A stretch of DNA of 50,715 bases, counting the filler, from Catajapyx aquilonaris (lineage: Eukaryota), in NCBI GenBank assembly GCA_000934665.2. It is 2 parts of 2 records of this genome, joined end to end, with 100 filler letters (N's around TTAATTAATTAA, not from the genome) between each part and the next. Parts side by side here need not be neighbours in the genome. Positions count along the whole stretch, not along the records: positions 25,415 to 50,715 come from KZ539346.1; 1 more part is not named here. One strand, given 5' to 3'. Position 1 is the first letter of the stretch. Each line of letters opens with the position of its first letter. Under the pieces are notes generated by a model. The model was given only the letters and a program-made list of their open reading frames with translations, was not told the origin of the DNA and made no database searches. The position numbers and the translations under genes were made by a program. Positions 47,298 to 50,715 of this stretch are shown in pieces.

Positions 47298-48259
47298 CAG
47301 CGGTTCTCAACCGGAGGGGCACGCCCCCCTGGGGGGAGCGAAGGGGTGGCAGGGGGGGGGGGGGACGAATCCAAAAATTATGTGACTCGAAACAGGCGCA
47401 AAAGTCACACTGATTAGGTAAGAACTACTTCTCAGGGCTTAAACATGCAGTTATAGTTCTACACAATTTGTGCAGTTCTAAAAGTCAAAAGTGATTTTTT
47501 TTGACGTTACCCCGTGATAAGACTGAGCCTTTTTAGGGGGGGGGGGGTGGAATACCACCATTTCACTCCATTTTCCTATATTAACTTCATTCACCAGTGC
47601 AAGGAGTCAAGGATGTAGGGTAGGGATAGGGATTTTTGGGGAGGGAACATTGGTGTAAGTGCAATGTCGGTAAAGGGGTCATGTGCTGTTCCCCATTGCC
47701 AGACACCTCCTTGGTGCAGGTCAGAGACCCTCCTGACGCAGGTGAAAGGAAAGTTCCCCAGGCGGGGATCGAACCTGGGGCCTTTCACTCAGCAAGCCGA
47801 GACGTTACCATCTCGGCCATCTACACCTCCCCCAAAAGTGCAATTCTGAATAAGGATTTGTGCAGTCAGATAATAGCAGACAGGAGACAGGTCTGTTATA
47901 TCTGGATTCAACTGCACTTGTACATTGGCACGCTGGAAATATGAAGGGACCGACCTTTTACTTTCTCATATCCGATGTGCTTACAGTACAGGAGGATTCC
48001 ACTGTACTTTGTCAGTTATTACATTCACCTAAGCTTGTGTGACCTTGAACCAATAATAATAATTTCTCTTCCCATCCCTCTTCCCCGTCGCCCCCAGGTG
48101 CCTAATCCTCTTGCTACGCCCCTGCGGTGTAGGGCCTACGCCCCTACCTAAAGCACACATTGAGGGGGGGCGGGGGGGGGGGAGAGGTATGCCAGGGGTC
48201 CCGCTGTCAAATTTTTTCGCAAAAATTGCTCCATGGGACAAAAAGTTTGGGAACCACTG
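47298..48259. mobile_element. hAT (Charlie/Buster-type) non-autonomous element with a nested SINE
   Basis: Termini CAGCGGTTCTCAAC and (reverse complement) CAGTGGTTCCCAAA; flanks GGCTATAG / GTATATAC both fit NNNTANNN but match only 5/8. Further hAT-like right ends occur near 48440 and 48622, so the pairing is uncertain. Confidence 0.55.
47494..47832 (-). mobile_element. tRNA-derived SINE (family B)
   Basis: Minus strand A box TGGCCGAGATGG (47819-47808), B box GGTTCGATCCC (47775-47765), oligo-A tail, direct repeat CAAAAGTG at 47486-47493 and 47833-47840. Confidence 0.85.
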
Positions 48260-50034
48260 GTATATACAGGATTAAATAAGCTTCGCAATGATGCCTGCAT
48301 TATTGTTTCATGTCGTCCATTGTGTTATTCAAGGTAACTTCAAATAAAGGGCCTGCATTTATATTCCGCAAATATGAATAAGTGTTTCCATTTAAAAATT
48401 TTTTTTGCCACATATTTAAGGCTATACGTAACAACCATTGGTATAGACTTTCGTGCCTCCACACCCCTTTGAAGACAATTGGTCCTTATCGCACCCCCTA
48501 TACCAGGGGTGATTGATTAAGTTCATAGTTAGATTAAGTTCAGAGGTGCACCTTGCTCGCACCCCCAGGGGAGCCACCTCGCACCCCTTGGGGGTCCGGG
48601 CACCCCAGGTTAAGAACCGCTAGTATAGACGGACTATTCCGGATTACTCTCGGACTTATTCGTACATTTATGTGTACACGTATTATTCATAGTGATTAAT
48701 CCCTTGCGTATGGCACTTTAGAGTTACGTCCACTGTTTTTTTTTCTTCTGAAATGACAATTGTTGTAATTGCACGTGCAAAACCTGTGGCTGTTTTCCGG
48801 TGAGGTTATTGTTATTTAATATAGGTATATTCATTTTCCAAAAACTCGGGGCATTGTTGTCGCGCGTTTCTGCTGCTCGGCGAACTTAATGAAACGTGCC
48901 ACAAGCGGTCACAAGTTACTCGTACGTAGGTGATGCCTTTTTTTTATCGGTATTGATTTACAAAGTGGAGTCGGACAGGGTACATTTAAGTTTCGGAAAT
49001 GCACCCGGAAGTTAGGACCGAGCAAGGGTCTTCTGACAAGTGTTATAGGTAATGTTTCCCCGCAGTGGCGTTGTAATTGTGTTACAATTTTCCGTGAAAA
49101 TTGCATTACACGTTCGTATATAGGGTGTAATCGACAAATATGAGTGTCATCCGCTTCCCGTGAACAGATGTTAGAGTGTTTTGGTCTGGCGCAGGCATAC
49201 CTGTTTACCAACCCATTCTGATTCTCTCTCCACCTGCAGCAGTATCAATATCAGCGCAAAATTATAGTGCGTGTGTTATTGATGAGACCTAACAGGCTTC
49301 CATGTAACATCCAGGACTCAGCGTCCCTTCCCATTTTTATTGTGAAACTACTCGTGCGCCGAGGGTAAAAGGTGGCGTATTGGTAGAGGGAGCCAACGTC
49401 TTTGTAAGCGTAACGAACCGATTTAGCAAAAATCCGGTGACATTTACGACTCAAAGCACTTTGTGGGCGACTCCCCTCAATTGCAGAACGAGGTCGTTAC
49501 TTTTGCGAATAGACGCCAAAAGGGAAAGGCTGCACTGTTTTGTTATTTGCTCAACCCTGCTGGTGACCTATAGCTGGTCATATAGTCATTAGGCTGCTCG
49601 CAGTGTGCAGGTGTTATAGTCGATTCAGGTGTGGGATCGCGTGATGTAGTGGTACATCCAGTGAAGTCTTCCTCTCGTTGGCGGGAATGTCTGCCAATAT
49701 TTTCTACTCACCTGAACTTGTGAGGGCCAGGAATTTGGTTCCCATGATGATCCGCATATAGGATGGCTAGCTGCCTGTCAATGCCAGGTGCAGGCTTTCT
49801 CCTGATTGGATGCGGCACTCCACGCCTTCCTTCACTGCATTAGTATTCCGTAATTCAGTCTACTGGGACTATTGGATCGCTCAATCATTCAAGTGCCTCG
49901 CGCCCCTGGACCGCCAGTTCTGTTTTGCATATTTATGCTGGGACGAGGATTAAGTGTGCTTTGACAATGGCGAATACTTATGATAGATCACAGAAGCGAA
50001 AAAGAAGCATTCAAGTGTTGCGGGAATGGGATTT

Positions 50035-50036
<2 letters not shown>

Positions 50037-50098
<62 letters not shown>
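50037..50098. repeat. (TAA)n microsatellite
   Basis: Directly visible, 5' of SINE C. Confidence 0.95.
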
Positions 50099-50419
50099 GG
50101 GGGAGACGGAGTGGCGCCGCGGTAACGTGCGCGCCCACGGATGTTAAGGTCCCGGGTTCGATCCCAGCCCGGGGACACCCCCTTCATCTCGTGCAGAGGT
50201 CGGTCACCTCTGGCTTCGTCTCGGGTGGTATTTCCTACAGACTGAACCACCCGGGGGAGCTCACTAAAAATGGCCACACGTCAGATGCACTGCACTTGCA
50301 CATCCCCTCCTGTCATCCTGCCCGTGGGCCCGGGCGATACGTATAAAGGCTCCAATGTACACAACAAATAAAGGTCCATGCGATAAACCCTGATAGGGTG
50401 AAAGCATTACCCAACCAAT

Positions 50420-50423
<4 letters not shown>
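50099..50423 (+). mobile_element. tRNA-derived SINE (family C)
   Basis: A box TGGCGCCGCGG 50112-50122, B box GGTTCGATCCC 50155-50165; body ends ...GCATTACCCAACCAATTATA then (TAA)n. Confidence 0.8.

Positions 50424-50482
<59 letters not shown>
50423..50482. repeat. (TAA)n microsatellite / SINE tail
   Basis: Directly visible. Confidence 0.95.
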
Positions 50483-50562
50483 GACGCTCGATGCCAATTG
50501 TTCCAATTGAAGACGTCACTTGCCAAATGGCCCAAGTCCACGAGGTGAAATTTTTCAGGCGA

Positions 50563-50715
50563 GACCAGCCCACGGACACTCTTACTACCTTCTGATCTTA
50601 TCACCTGCCGGGGCGTTTTGCATGGTGTGCTCACCTGAGAGCGCCGTGAGACATCTCAGAGCTGGACTATGTGGCGACCCTACCGGACTAGGCTGAACTT
50701 TATAGGTACAAAAGG
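50563..50715 (-). mobile_element. Left arm of the P-like hairpin family, running off the window end
   Basis: GACCAGCCCACGGACACT is the reverse complement of about 25573-25590; CCTGCCGGGGCGTTTTGCATG...GTGGCGACCCTACCGGACTA.GCTGAACTTTATAGGTACAAAAGG matches 38029-38139. Confidence 0.85.

Noticed and set aside
49950..50634. ORFs with poly-I, poly-Y, poly-N and poly-L tracts (also 29013-29400)
   Set aside because: Translations of (TAA)n and (AAC)n microsatellites and SINE sequence

Overview
This is eukaryotic, probably arthropod, genomic DNA. It is two segments joined by a 100-bp artificial-looking spacer (44 N + TTAATTAATTAA + 44 N, 25315-25414), so adjacency across that point is not trustworthy. 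The left segment has a 5'-truncated intronless divergent ionotropic receptor (IR) gene (+). It also has a complete axonemal dynein heavy chain gene (DNAH2/kl-2 type, -), which I spliced by hand into 32 coding exons giving one open frame of about 4,590 aa. A THEG/SPMAP2-like gene (+) lies head-to-head with the dynein across a short region with RFX X-box and forkhead motifs. The dynein gene has one clear U12-type intron and three GC-AG introns. The right segment has the last coding exon of Abitram (FAM206A/Simiate) and is otherwise a patchwork of non-autonomous transposons. These include hAT, mariner and foldback MITEs, three tRNA-derived SINEs, a TIR element with a degenerate THAP domain, and a P-like family whose short form is a loop-less 374-bp hairpin. 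I cannot demonstrate a wholly new biological system. The best leads are the non-canonical splicing load of the dynein gene, the shared ciliary promoter, the P-like hairpin family and the modular SINEs. All assignments are by eye from motifs and recalled homologues; no database search was run.
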